Notes: generated by a model from the letters alone, not told the origin. DNA of 64,000 nt from Octopus sinensis (GCF_006345805.1 NC_043021.1:22072001-22136000), one strand, 5' to 3'. Shown: positions 13,151-26,785, counted from the stretch's first letter. Numbers and translations: made by a program.

Positions 13151-13261
13151 TCCCTATATTTCATTAATGTATCTCACATGTTCTGTTGCATTGTTGCCTT
13201 TAATGACCTGATATATATAAAAGGAGAGAGGTAGACAGGTGTGCATTTGTTAATTTTAAAT

Positions 13262-13658
13262 ATAGGTGCAGGAGTGGCTGTGTGGTAAGTAGCTTGCTTA
13301 CCAACCACATGGTTCCGGGTTCAGTCCCACTGCATGGAACCTTGGGCAAGTGTCTTCTACTATAGCCTCGGGCTGACCAAAGCCTTGTGAGTGGATTTGG
13401 TAGATGGAAACTGAAAGAAGCCCATCGTATATATGTATATGTACATATTTCTGTGTGTATGTTTGTCCCCCCAACATCTTTTGACAACCAATGGTAGTGT
13501 ATTTACGTCCCCGTAACTTAGTGATTTGGTGAAAGAGACTGATAGATTAAGTACTGGGCTTACAAAGAATAAGTCCTGGGGTCGATTTGCTCGACTAAAG
13601 GCAGTGCTCCAGTATGGCCGCAGTCACATGACTGAAACAAGTAAAAGAGAGTAAAGAG
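13262..13658 (+). mobile_element. SINE A, full length
   Basis: Complete head, internal microsatellite and tail. Confidence 0.9.
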
Positions 13659-13974
13659 ATTGTATTACCATGCTCACATGAGGCCGGGTGGTGCCTTATT
13701 TGTGGCAGAATGTTTTAGTCAAATGCTTTTCTGTTTACCAACCATTTGACAAAGTAACCGTCATCTTAGTCCAATCTTCTTCACAGATCATGAAATGTCA
13801 GCTTTCATATCCATTTGTGTACATGCGTCTACACACACACACACATGCACACCCATGTATGCACACATTCATCCACGTACACACACAAGGCTTTGGTTGG
13901 CCTGAGGCCATAGTAGATGCCCCTTGTTCATGATGCTGCACAGTGGGATAAAATCAAAGACCATAACGTTTCTT

Positions 13975-14370
13975 ATTTCTTTATTGCCCACAAGGGGCTA
14001 AACACAGAGGGGACAAACAAGGACAGACAAAGGAATTAAGTCGATTACATCAACCCCAATGCATAACTGGCACTTAATTTATCAATCCCGTATGAATGAA
14101 AGGCAAAATCGACCTCGGCGGAATTTGAACTCAGAAGGTAACGGCAGAAATACCTATTCCTTTACTACCCACAAGGTGCTAAACACAGAGGGGACAAACA
14201 GATTAAGTCGATTACATCGACCCCAGTGCGTAACTGGTACTTAATTTATCGACCCCAAAAGGCTGAAAGGCAAAGTCGACCTCAGTGGAATTTGAACTCA
14301 GAACGTAACAGCAGATGAAATACGGCTACACATTTCGCCCGGCATGCTAACCTTTCTGCCAGCTCGTTGC
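13975..14370 (-). mobile_element. Two tandem SINE family D copies
   Basis: Reverse complement of gagttcaaattccgccgaggtcgactttgcctttca...ggggtcgat...aagtaccagttacgcactggggtcgatgtaatcgac, present twice. Confidence 0.85.
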
Positions 14371-15594
14371 CTTTACCACAATATTCTTGCTAAATGGAAT
14401 GCCAGTCCGTTGCAGGATTACTCATTCGCAGGAACTGGTATTGGAGCAATGTGTATTGAAGTATTTTGCTCTAAAATGGAACACACTGCCTGTCTTGGAA
14501 TTGAAACCACAATCCTGTGGCCACAAGTGTAACACCCTAACCACTAGACCATTTCAAGGCACATAACCAAGTGGAAACAGCAGCAGATGCTAATAACTAT
14601 CGCATGGAGATTCAAGCATTTCAGCTGCTGTTAAAATACATTATCCAGATAATGTTATTACATAGAGGTATCCTGCTTTATGAGTTTTTCATGGTGCAGT
14701 CATCCATTGTATGGTTGCAGAGTATGTGGAGTGTGCAGTGTGCACTTGTAACAATAAAACATTTCTGGTTTAGTTGAGAGATGATCAAACGGATGTGTGA
14801 TGCTCCAAATAAAAAATATTTATTTATCATTAACAAAATTCTTGTTGGAATGAAAGACAACAACCAAAAAAAAACAAAAAAGAAAAGAAGATATTTTAGC
14901 TAAGTGAGTCAGTTTGTGCATGTCTGCGAGAGATGAATGTGTCTGCAATGACAGTAGCCAGTAGTTATTTAAATTCTTGCAGTAAGTTGGTGTTTGCTGT
15001 GTCTCGTCTTCACCACTATTGTTATCATCACATTCCGTAGCCAATGTTGAGTGATGTAAATTCCTGCAGCCATTGATCTTGGCTGTGTACAGCCACTAAC
15101 GGTTTACCAGATAAACAATCTATATATAGCCAATGGTTTGTCAAGCAGAGGGCATAAAAGAAAATGCACCAAAGACGAAATTGTTAATGACAAACCCATA
15201 TGTTGTTTATCACAATTAAGATCTAATGAGATAACCATCTGTTGGTTCCATTGTTTTTACTATCAGAAACCTGAATGGGTTAGTCACTCACTGACATCGT
15301 CAAGTGTTCACAGACTCTTGTTTGTTATTTTCATGTCAGAACTCAGGGATTTGGGTTCAATTCCTAGGAAGTGAGTTAGTGTTTAAGACTTTGCCAATAT
15401 TTCTGTAGCACTCTTCTGTCTGCATGGCTCATGCTTCCACTGGAAGTTGTTAGCCTCTTAAATGGATCTTTTTGGCGTTGGATTTATTCTTGTACTTTGC
15501 CACAAATTACTTTGCTGACTTGTTCAAGTATTTGGTAGAATTTAGTGTTTGCATGATTCTTGCAATTCCCTTATTTAAAGTGTGTATGTATGAA

Positions 15595-15959
15595 AGAGAG
15601 AGAGAGAGAGAAAGAGAGTGTATGAAAGACAGTAAGAGAGAGAGAGAAAGAGAGAGAGAGAGAGTGCATATGAAAGAAATTGTGTGAGAGAGAAAGAGAG
15701 AGAGAGAAAGAGAAAGAGAGAGAGTGTGTATGAAAGACAGTGAGAGAGAGAGAGAGAAAGTACATATGAAAGAAAGTGAGAAAGAAAGAGAGTGCATGAA
15801 AGACAGAGAGAGAGAGAGAGAGAGAGAGTATGGCAGTAAGTGTGAGTTAGAGTGTGTATGAAAGAAAGTGTGAGTTAAAGAAACAGTGTGTGAAAGAAAC
15901 AGTGTGTGAAAGAGAGACAGTGTTCTTGTGTGTGAGAGGGTGTGTGTGTTTATGTGTCT

Positions 15960-15991
<32 letters not shown>

Positions 15992-16109
15992 GTACTTTGG
16001 CAAATGCAAGGAAAAGCTTGTCTAAGGTGCCATGCCGTAGGATTGAACCCAATGCCACAGAGTTGGAAGCAACTTCTTAATCATACTGCTTTTGTGGTTT
16101 CACTACAGA

Positions 16110-16145
<36 letters not shown>

Positions 16146-17000
16146 TTGCTCTCTCTCTCTCATATGCACACAGGTACACACACACACACACCTCTCTCTC
16201 ACTTGCATGCACACAAGCACACACACACACACACTCTCACTCACACACAGGCACACACTCACACGCATGCACACACACATAAGCACACACTCACACGTAC
16301 GCACACATGCACAGGCACACACTCTCTTTCTTTCTCTCTCTCTCTCTCACGGGCACACAAGCATTTACTGTCTCTCTCTCTTTTTCTCGCATGCATGAAC
16401 ACACACTCTCTGTCTCCCTCTCTCTCTCTCTTCACACACACACGACACACACATACACAGGTACACACTCACACACACGCTTATACTCTCTCTCTCTCTC
16501 TTTCTCTCACATGCACACTCTATCTCCCTCTCTCTCACACATACACATGCACACACTCACTCACACACATATACAGGTACACACATGCACAGGCACACAC
16601 ACTCTCTCTCACATACACACAAACATACACTGTCTCTCTCTCTCTTTCTATCACATGCACACACACACATACACACTCTCTGCCTCCTCACACACATACA
16701 CACACATACACACTCTCTGCCTCCTCACACACACACACACATACACACTCTCTGCTTCCTCACACACATACACACTCTCTGCCTCCTCACACACACACAT
16801 ACACACTCTCTGCCTCTTCACACACACACACACACACATACACACTCTCTGCCTCCTCACACACACACTAACTCTCTCTCACACACACATACACACTCTC
16901 TGCCTCCTCACACACACACACACATACACACTCTCTGCCTCCTCACACACACACACTACCTCTCTCTCTCACACACACACACACAGCTCATATAGGCATA
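15595..17000. repeat. (GA)n/(CA)n/(CT)n field with ~30-bp subunit acatacacactctctgcctcctcacac at 16660-16960
   Basis: Visible. Confidence 0.9.
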
Positions 17001-17719
17001 ATTAAATAAGTAAACGAAAGGTCTTTTCTATTCATTAAATTAAAAAGAATCATGGAATAAAGTAATTTTTGTCATTAAACAACACTCCATCATTTTCCAT
17101 CATTTTCCATCATCCGCAAAAAAAAACCCCTAACAAAAACAAAAAAAGAAAGAGATAACAATGATTATAAACTTTTAAATTTAAATATTATTCAAATAAA
17201 TTGAATTTAAATGAAAGTAATTTCCGAATAATAATAGGTAATTAAACTGGCAACTTGGCAAATCCTAAATCATTATCCATCCGTATTGTTCAATGCGGAA
17301 CGTTTTTTTTCCTTGACATTTATTCCTTATTGTTGCGACATCCTTCAAGAACACTTTGAAATTTACTTGGTTTTTTCCCCCATCTTTTAGCAGCAGGCAG
17401 CTGATTGTCATAGACTCACCTGTTTGTGAAGAGGAATTAAGATCGGTGGAATTCAGTTCTTAGAATACGTGCTAATGAAATATACAAGTTCTGGAAATTT
17501 TACAGTTCCTGTCTCTGCTTAAGAAAGAATCCTTTTATGGCGGCTGCCTTTGTTTGTCTCCGTTCTTTATTTGGTGTGTGTCTCAGTGTTTGCCCAGCAA
17601 ATTTGACAAACGGTTACATCCCTCTCTCTCTCTCTCTCTCTCTTTCTATTTCTATCTCTCACTCTCTTTGTCTTTCTCTCTCTCTTTCACTCATTCTCTC
17701 TCTCTCTCTCTCTCTTTGC

Positions 17720-18450
17720 ATAGATCATTTATCATTCATTTACTTCAGTCATTAGATTGCGGCCATGCTGGGGCTCTGCCATGAGGAATTTTAATCAAAC
17801 AAACCATCACATCTCTTCCTCTCCCTCTCTCCTTATCTCTCCCTTTTTCTATTTCTCTTTGTCTCTCTCTTTCTTTCTCTCTCTCTCTCTTTCTTTCTCT
17901 CTCTCTCTCTCTTTCTTTCTCTCTCTTTCTCTCTCTCTCTCCACAGATCATTTATCATTCACTTCAGTCATTAGATTGCGGCCATGCTGGGGCTCTGCCA
18001 TGAGGAATTTTAATCAAACAAACCATCACATCTCTTCCTCTCCCTCTCTCCTTATCTCTCCTTTTTCTATTTCTCTGTGTCTGTCTCTCTTTCTTTCTCT
18101 CTCTCTCTCTTTCTTTCTCTCTCGCTCTCCTTTTTCTTTCTGCTCAGCTCTCTTTCTCTCTCTCTCTCCACAGATCATTTATCATTCACTTCAGTCATTA
18201 GACTGCGGCCATGCTGCGGCCATGCCATGAGGAATTTTAGTCAAACAAACCATCACATCTCTCTCACTCTCTTTGTCTTTCTTTTTCTGTCTGTCTGTCT
18301 CTCTCTCCCTTTTTCTATTTCTCTCTTTGTGTCTCTCTCTCTCTCTCTCTTTCTTTCTCTTTCTCTCTCTCTCTCTTTGCATATATCGTTTATCATTCAC
18401 TTACTTCAGTCATTGGACTGCGGCCATGCTGGGGCACTGCCATGAGGAAT
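17720..18450. repeat. Local tandem amplification, 4 units of ~210-230 bp (SINE A tail fragment plus CT tract)
   Basis: agatcatttatcattcac...cagtcattagattgcggccatgctggggctctgccatgaggaatttt recurs near 17720, 17944, 18172, 18382. Confidence 0.85.
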
Positions 18451-18812
18451 TTTACTCAAACAAGATGACCTCAGTATTTATTTTAATTTGTGTGGGTGGC
18501 AAACACAGACATAAAGACATGCACACACACACACACACATGCACACACACACACACATACATACACATGCACACATGCACACACATATATATGTAAGCTG
18601 CCCTTCTTTCAGTTTCCGTCCACCAAATCCTCTCACAAGGTTTTGGTCGGGCCAAGGCTATAGTAGAAAGCCCTTTTACAAAGGGCCGCACAGTGGGACA
18701 CTGAACCTGGAACCATGTGGTTGAGAAGCAAACTTCTTACCACGCAGCCACGGCTGTGCCTATATATATATATATATATATATAGTCACGTGATATTATA
18801 TATATATTATTA

Positions 18813-19223
18813 AGGTTGCAGGAGTGGCTGTGTGGTAAGTAGCTTGCTAACCAACCACATGGTTCCGGGTTCAGTCCACTGCGTGGCATCTTGGCAAGGT
18901 CTTCTGCTATAGCCTCGGGCCGACCAATGCCTTGTGAGTGGATTGGTAGATGGAAACTGAAAGAAGCCTGTCGTATATATGTATTAGATATGTATGGTGT
19001 GTGTATGTGGTTGTGTGTCTGTGATGCCCCCCTAGCATTGCTTGACAACCGATGCTGGTGTGTTTACGTCCCGCTCACTTAGCGGTCGGCAAAAGAGACT
19101 GATAGAATAAGTACTGGGCTTACAAAGAATAAGTCCCGGGATCGATTTTCTCAATTAAAGGTGGTGCTCCAGCATGGCCGCAGTCAAATGACTGAAACAA
19201 GTAAAAGAGTAAAAGAGTAAAAG
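18813..19223 (+). mobile_element. SINE A, full length
   Basis: Complete structure. Confidence 0.9.
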
Positions 19224-19399
19224 ATATATATATATATATATACATACACACACACACACAGAGATAGATATATATGTATACGTGAGAGAAAGAGGCATAG
19301 GCATGGCTGTGTGATAAGAAGTTTGCTTACCAACCACATGATTCCGGGTTCAGTCCCACCGTGTGGCACCTTGGGCAAGTGCCTTCTGCTATAGCCTCG

Positions 19400-19590
19400 T
19401 AAGATTGTGGTTTCAATTCCTGGACCAGCCGATGCATTGTGTTCTTGAGCAAAACACTTCATTTCACGTTGCTCCAATCCACTCAGCTGACAAAAATAAT
19501 TAATCCTGCAATGGACTAGCGTCCCGTCCAGCTGGGGAACACATACACCATTGAGACCGTGAAACCGGACCCATGAGCCTGGCTAGGTAC
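19400..19590 (+). mobile_element. SINE family C (CORE-like) fragment fused to a SINE A head
   Basis: gttcttgagcaaaacacttcatttcacgttgctccaatccactcagctg. Confidence 0.7.
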
Positions 19591-19653
19591 ACCAGGCACA
19601 TATTATTATTATTACTATCATTATTATTATTATTATCATTATTATTATTATTA

Positions 19654-19782
19654 TTTAGGTCACTGCCTGGAATCGAACTCGGAATCTTGGGGTTAGTAGC
19701 CCACGGTCTTAACCACTATGCGGTTAAGAGCGCAGGCTACTAACCAAAACATTCCAAGTTTAATTCCAAGCAGTGACCTGAA
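19654..19782. repeat. Fold-back of a tRNA-like SINE head, ~60-bp arms, 7-nt loop, extended by (TTA)n/(AAT)n flanks
   Basis: Arms 19654-19714 and 19722-19782 are imperfect reverse complements. Confidence 0.8.
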
Positions 19783-19804
19783 CAATAACAACAACAACAA
19801 TAAC

Positions 19805-19838
<34 letters not shown>

Positions 19839-19994
19839 TCAAAAAATACCTTAGGAATGAGAACCCAGGTTTGTAATTTCCCCAAGACGCCCGAAACATT
19901 GTGTTAACAATAAACAAGATGAGGACAACTATGCATCGAATGTAAATAATGTATCTGTAAATATATTTCTATGTCCCTATTTGTATTATGTTAT

Positions 19995-20414
19995 ACTCTT
20001 ACTCTTTTACTCTTTTACTTGTTTCAGTCATTTGACTGTGGCCATGCTGGAGCACTGCCTTCAGTCGACCAAATCGACCCCGGGACTTATTCTTTGTAAG
20101 CCCATAGTACTTATTCTATCGCTCTCTTTTGCCGAACTGCTAAGCGATGGGGACGTGGGGACCGTACATACACCAGTCAGTTGTCAAGCAATGCTAGGAG
20201 GACAAACACAGACACACAAACACATACATATATATATATATATACATATATACGGCAGGCTTTTTCAGTTTCCGTCTGCCATCCACTCATGCTCCAACAC
20301 TCACAGGGCTTAGAGTAGCAGAAGATACTGCCCGAGATGCCACGCAGTGAGACTGAACCCGGAACCATGTGGTTGGTTAGCAAGCTACTTACCACACAGC
20401 CACTCCTGCGCCTA
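19995..20414 (-). mobile_element. SINE A, full length
   Basis: Complete structure. Confidence 0.88.
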
Positions 20415-20615
20415 TGTGTGTCCTTGTTTATGAATATTTACGCAACTGGGTGTATGAGAATAAAATGCCTTGTCATATTGTGCGACAGAAAAAAGATGGA
20501 TGAACTGAAGTTACTTTTCAACCGAGCTTCTATCAAACTTGACAGATACATACATAGAAATAAAGTTTTAAATTTGAACGTTATTGAAATAAATTAATTT
20601 GAATTAAATTAATTT

Positions 20616-20715
20616 NNNNNNNNNNNNNNNNNNNNNNNNNNNNNNNNNNNNNNNNNNNNNNNNNNNNNNNNNNNNNNNNNNNNNNNNNNNNNNNNNNNNN
20701 NNNNNNNNNNNNNNN
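20616..20715. other. Assembly gap (100 N)
   Basis: Run of n. Confidence 1.
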
Positions 20716-20859
20716 TATCTAATCTGTATGGAGCCAACATTAGACTTCAGTGGAGACAGACAGAGAAACTCCATCAAAAACTAGGTGTTAACAATAAACA
20801 AGATGAGGACAAATATCCGTCAATTGTAAATAATGTACATAATTCCTCATCTCTTAAAT

Positions 20860-21540
20860 ATAGAACTTTATGGGGTCTGTTTCTGCTTTAATGTTTTTTG
20901 GTGTAATGTTAAAGAGAGAGGGGCCAAATGAAGTGAAATAATAATTGTGCTGTATTGTTGTTATGTGATGCGAGCATGATTTATGCTGTGGGCAGATAGC
21001 ATGAGCTCCCAGTCTTGGGTGTATCTTAAAGGTGATACCAACATCATTTGGGCAGTGCTGTTGGAATATTTTCCACACCATGCAGATGATGTAACACTCA
21101 CAGCAGTGTTGGAAAGAATAAAACTTGAGTTTTTCTAGACGACCTCAATAGTCAAGGCTTATCATGCCATCTGTCTATTTTGTAATTGACCCTTTGAGGT
21201 GCTTCAGTTTTCATGATACTTTCTTTCATGTGGAGAGACCGTAGTGGACAACAGTATTCAGGGTGGGGTCGGGCAATAGTAGAGAAGAAAAGGATAATGG
21301 TGTGGATATCTTTCGACTGGAAAGTTCTGAGAATCCAGGAGCACATTCTTTGGGCCATGTCAATATTGCTGTTTATATGAGTGGCCCAGCTTATGCTGTT
21401 GTACACAATTACTCCCAAGTCTCTGATGTTGTTGGATGCCAGGAGAGTTTCACCTGGAGGAAGGGAATTTGGGAGTTTCAGGATAACCTCTTTTTTGAAG
21501 TGGATCAACTCAAATTTCTCCTCGACCATCAGCATTTGCA
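20860..21540 (-). pseudogene. CR1-group LINE ORF2 C-terminal remnant
   Basis: EKFELIHF..LPPGETLLASNNIRDLGVIVYNSISWATHI..AQRMCSWILRTF..RPHPEYCCPL..EAPQR; WKIFQQHCPNDVGITFKIHPRLG..FGPSLFNITPKNIK. Confidence 0.85.
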
Positions 21541-21551
21541 TATATATATGC

Positions 21552-21599
<48 letters not shown>

Positions 21600-21762
21600 A
21601 TAATAATAATAATAATAAGAGTAAATAATTTTCTATAATGGTTTTTAAAAAAAGACCACAATTATTTACTGGTAGAATTCGGTATGTAAATATAGTCGAT
21701 TAACGGTAGGAACTTCTGTAATTTCAGTATATATATTGTATATAAGGAAAAAAGGGACAGGC

Positions 21763-21924
21763 AACAGGTTGCTTGACCGCATACCGAAAAAGTAGAAATA
21801 GCAGTCAAGAATGCTTATTTCTATTTTCCACAAGTGGGGCTCCACACACGACAAACCCTGCAATTCACATATGCAAAACAGAAGGAATAGATAACGAAAA
21901 CGGTACGCGGTCAAGCAACCTGTT
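21763..21924. mobile_element. MITE-like element with 24-bp terminal inverted repeats
   Basis: aacaggttgcttgaccgcataccg versus cggtacgcggtcaagcaacctgtt (23/24). Confidence 0.75.
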
Positions 21925-21950
21925 TCTTATATATATATATATTATATGCA

Positions 21951-22249
21951 TGGAGGTGCAATGGCCCAGTGGTTAGGGCAGCGGACTCGCGGTCATAGGA
22001 TCGCAGTTTCGATCCCAGACCAGGCGTTGTGAGTGTTTGTTGAGCAAAAACACCTAAAAAGCTCCACGAGGCTCCGGCAGGGGGTGGTGATCCCTGCTGT
22101 ACTCTTTCACCACACTTTCTCCCACTCTTTCTTCTGTTGGCCTGCTCGCTTAGCCAGCGGGGTGGCGTCATTCGAAGGCTAAAACAATGCAAACGCATTG
22201 TGACCAGCGATTTGTAACAACATCTGATGGTCTGGTCGGTCACGTGATA
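21951..22249 (+). mobile_element. SINE family B (tRNA-like head)
   Basis: tggaggtgcaatggcccagtggttagggcagcggactcgcggtcataggatcgcagtttcgatccc...ggtcacgtgat; near-identical copy at 61476. Confidence 0.9.
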
Positions 22250-22329
22250 TATATATGCACACATATGAACACACACATATACACACATACATGCATGCAT
22301 ATATACAAACATACATACATATATATATA

Positions 22330-22550
22330 TACATGTATATTTAATGTCCGCTTTCTATGCTGGCATGGGTTGGACAGTTTGACTGAGGACTGGCAAGCCA
22401 GGAGCTGCACCAGGCTCCAATCTGATTTGGCAGAGTTTCTGCAGCTGGATGCCCTTCCTAATACCAACCACTCTGTGAGTGTAGTAGGTGCTTTTATATA
22501 CCACCAGCACAAGGGCCAGTCAGGCGGTACTGGCATTGGCTATGCTTGAA
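22330..22550 (-). mobile_element. RTE 3'UTR copy
   Basis: tttaatgtccgctttctatgctggcatgggttggacag...ctggatgcccttccta. Confidence 0.8.
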
Positions 22551-22588
22551 TGGTGCTTTTTTCAAATGCGCCAGTAATGCAACACTTG

Positions 22589-22620
<32 letters not shown>

Positions 22621-22631
22621 TATATTGTTCT

Positions 22632-23062
22632 ATTCTTTTACTTGTTTCAGTCATTTGACTTAGGCCATACTGGAGCATCACCTTTAGTTGAACAAATCGA
22701 CTCTAGGACTTATTGTGTGTAAACCTAGTACTTATTCTATTGGTCTCTTTTTGCCAAACTGCTAATTAATGGGGATGTAAACACACCAGCATCGGTTATC
22801 AAGCAATGGTGGTGGTGGGGGGGCAAACACGGACACAAATAACAAATACATACATTCATACATACATATATATATGTGTGTGTGTGTGTATAAATACGAC
22901 TGGCTTCTTTCAGTTCCTGTCAAACAAATCCACTCACAAGGCTTTGGTTGGTCTGAGGCTATAGTATAAGACTTTCGACCAAGGTGCCATGCAGTGGGAC
23001 TGAACCCGGAACCATGTGATTGGGAAGCAAGCTTTTTACCACACAGCCACTCCTGCACCTAT
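22632..23062 (-). mobile_element. SINE A
   Basis: Complete, diverged. Confidence 0.85.
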
Positions 23063-23072
23063 ATACATATAT

Positions 23073-23109
<37 letters not shown>

Positions 23110-24664
23110 CTATATTTGTTCCACGTCCTCGCGTTGTGTTTTTTTGTGCTTTCTTGTTTGGATTAACTATATATATATATACATATATAAAATTTAATAA
23201 GGCAGTGCTCCAGCATGGCTGCTGTCAAATGGCTGAAACAAGTAAAAGAATATATATATGTTTGTGTGGTTAACCACCTTTGCTCGACAACTGATGTCAG
23301 CTTGCTTATATTCCCATGTAGCAGTTTGGCAAAATGAAACTGACAGAGTAAAACATCAGACATTGTAAAAAACAATAAAGAAAAACAAAAAAAAAGGAAA
23401 GAAAGAAGGAAAGAAAGAAAGAAAAGAAGGTAGAAAAAGCACTGCAGACACGATTTTTTTTTCAATTAACCCCCCGCCCTTCCTCACCCCTGCCCAAATC
23501 CCTTCAGGGTAATGCCCCAGCATGGCCCTGCAGTCCAATGACTGACAGACAGAAATAAAACAAATATAAAAGAGAATAGATCTGATAATCTCCGAGTCTC
23601 TCCATAGTAAACAGTAAATAAAATATACCTGTGTCGTTCTTTCAGGTGTTGGATTCTAAGTGCAGTTATTATATGTGTCTTGTTTATTCTGTCTCGTCAA
23701 GTTAATTCACTTAGGCCCCCATTGTGAATATTATAACTAAAACTTATTACCAGGACAGCTAGATTATTAATGCCTATAAACTTCTTCTCTTCTCTTCTCT
23801 TTTATTTTCCTGCGACGTTTAACTCTGTTTTAAGTATTAATCTAATATTTCCATAATATACCTTACCTCTCATTAGTGTACGTGTTGTACTGCGTCTAGT
23901 TTGTTTGATTTCTAAGAACTAGGAAGTCTGTGTTCAATCTAATTCTCTTATCTTCATGTGATATAATATCAGTAAATTTTGGTTATTAATTTCAAACTCT
24001 TCAATTTTTGCCATGGCAATTTTTCTTAACCAGATTTCACCGTCTTTTTTTTTTACCTCTGCAGAAAAGAAATAAATAATTGTGTTTGTAATTTTTTTTA
24101 TCATCTAAACCATATGACCCGGAGACAATCATATACAAAATATCATTGATTGCCTTGCTCTCTCTCTCTCTCTCTCTCTCTACTTCATAGCATTTTCATA
24201 TACACAAGTTCAAAGCTGTTCATATTGGGTGGTTGGTATTTTAACCCTAGGTCAGCCTTGAATGAGCGCACACTTTGCTTTCATCATTCCTTCGTTTCTG
24301 CCATTGGACTGCGACCATGCTGGGACACAATCTTTCAGTTTCCATCAACCAAATCCACTCACAAAGCTTTGAAGAAGACCCCCTGCACAAGATGGCATGC
24401 AGTGGGACTGAACCCGGGACCATGAGATTGGGAAGCAGGCTTCTTACCACACAGCCAAGGGTTTTAGTCAAACAAATCAACCTCATTACTTACGTCCTCT
24501 TTTTTTTTTTAGATATCTGCTACTTATTCTATCAGCTGCTTTTGCAAAACAGCTAACCTATTGGGATGTAAACAAACAAACACTGGTTGCAAAGTTGTGG
24601 CAAGGGCAGACACAGAGACACATGCACAAACACACACACACACGCAGATATATCTCCTATCTTA

Positions 24665-25072
24665 TTCATCTTTTGTTTCAGTCATTTGACTGTGGCCATC
24701 CTGGAGCACCGCCTTTTAGTCAAGCAAATAAGACCCCAGGACTTATTCTTTGTAAGCCTAGTACTTATTCTATTGGTCTCTTTTACCGGACTGCTAAGTT
24801 ATGGGGACGTAAACACACTAGCATCGATTGTCAAGCAATGTTGTGGGGGGGGGGGACAAATACAGACACACAAACATATACACGCACATACATATATACA
24901 TACATACAACGGGCTTCTTTCAATTTCCATTTATGAAATCCATTGACAAGGCTTTGGTCGGCCCGAGGCTATAGTTGAAGACATTTTTCCAAGATGCCAC
25001 GCAGTGAGACTGAACCCGGAATCCATATGGTTCATCAGCAAGCTACTTACCACACAGCCACTCCTACGCCTA
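24665..25072 (-). mobile_element. SINE A
   Basis: Complete structure. Confidence 0.85.
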
Positions 25073-25561
25073 TATATATATATATATATATACACATAGA
25101 TACATTCTTTCTTGGGATGGTATATATCAAAGCATAGATAATCCTATGAACAATAGTTATATCTGCTTTGAGATCTACGATTCTAAAGAAGAATTATTAT
25201 TATTTCACATTCTTTTGTAGTTTTTAAATTCTAATGACATCAATAATATACAAACATGATCGACCAAATTATCAGATGTAGTTACTCATCTTTGGTCACA
25301 AAGCACTTTTACATCGTTTTTAACTTTCAAATGATGCCACCCTGCTGGCTGGGTAAGGAGGCCAATAATCCCTTTGATCAGAAGGCTTGTTTATCACAGG
25401 GTCACCCATTTACAGCTGTGAGGACTAAAGCACTGTGAAATTAAGGATTTTGCTCAAGAATACAGTGCACCGCTTGGTATGAGGATTAAACCCTTAATCT
25501 AGTGATCATGTGTGCAATACTCCTACCACTAAGTCACATGCCTTCCCACACATGTGTATAT

Positions 25562-25888
25562 TCTCTTTTACTCTTTTACTTGTTTCAGTCATTTGACTGT
25601 GGCCATGCTGGAGCACCGCCTTTAGTTGAGTAAATCGACCCCGTGACTTATTCCTTGTAAGCCCAGTACTTATTCTATCTTTTGCTGAACCGCTAAACAC
25701 ACAAGCATCGGGGACGTAAACACACCAGCAATGCTAGGGGGACAAACACAGACACACACACATATATATATATATATATACAACGGGCTTCTTTCAGTTT
25801 CTGCCTACCAAATCCACTCACAAGGCATTGGTCGGCCTGGGGCTATAGCAGAAGACACAAGATACCACGCAGCCACTCCTGCGCCTAT
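25562..25888 (-). mobile_element. SINE A with internal deletions
   Basis: Head and tail present. Confidence 0.8.
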
Positions 25889-25924
25889 GTATGAATATAT
25901 AAAATATATATATATAAATAAATC

Positions 25925-26785
25925 GAGATCAAATTCGATGACTGGCACCCATGCCAGTGGAGCGCTGAGAGCACCATCTGAGCGTGATCATTGCCAGAGC
26001 AGCTGACAGGCTTCCATGCCGGTGGCACATAAAAAGCACCATTTGAGTGTAATCGTTACCAGTGTCGCCTTACTGGCGCTTGTGCTTGTGGCACATGAAA
26101 AAACATTCGAGTGAGGTCATTGCCAGTGTTGCTGGACTGGCTCCTGGGCATGCAGGTGGCACATCAAAAACACCATTTGAGCGGGGCCATTGCCAGAAGT
26201 AGTGGGGAAGCATCATAGCCATGTGTTGAAAGGAATTGTTAGAGGTTTGGATAATTCATCTTTGGAAACATGGGTGGTTCATTCAACATCCTTAAACAAT
26301 CCTTATTCAGGGACCTTTTGAGTGGGATGGGCTACTCGACCAGAAGAAAATTCTAACTGGGCCCCACCTGCAAGGTCATGTGCTGTTTATTTTTTATGTG
26401 AGATCACCATGTCGCGCACATATGGTTGTGATGCATGCGTCTCGTGTACCCTTATCAGACGAGTAGTCATGATGAGTATACTTGGCTTCATATATTTTAC
26501 CCCAGTGTCACTTTGATGGCATGCACTGCTCTCTCACTCACATGCCGGTGGCATGTAAAAAGCACCATCCGATCGTGACCGTTGCCAGCCTCGCTTGGCA
26601 CCTGTGCAGGTGACATGTAAAAAGCACCCACTACACTCACGGAGTGGTTGGCGTTAGGAAGGGCATCCAGCTGTAGAAACACTGTCAGATCAGACTGGAG
26701 CCTGGTGCAGCCTTCTGGCTTCCCAGATCCTCGGTCGAACTGTCCAACCCATGCTAGCATAGAGAACGGACGTTAAACGATGAAT
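25925..26785 (+). mobile_element. RTE 3'UTR copy interrupted by unclassified repeat F
   Basis: ggtggcacataaaaagcacc units to ~26195, resuming at 26541 to ...ccaacccatgctagcatagagaacggacgttaaacgatga. Confidence 0.8.
26196..26540 (-). mobile_element. Unclassified dispersed repeat F (3'-truncated)
   Basis: Reverse complement of 53049-53400. Confidence 0.8.

Noticed and set aside
14550-15500. Unique AT-rich island with small ORFs (MATECDDNNSGEDE..)
   Set aside because: No splice-site or homology support
21951-22030. tRNA genes at the heads of SINE B/C/D
   Set aside because: A/B boxes are present but they continue into SINE bodies and no complete cloverleaf or acceptor stem is evident
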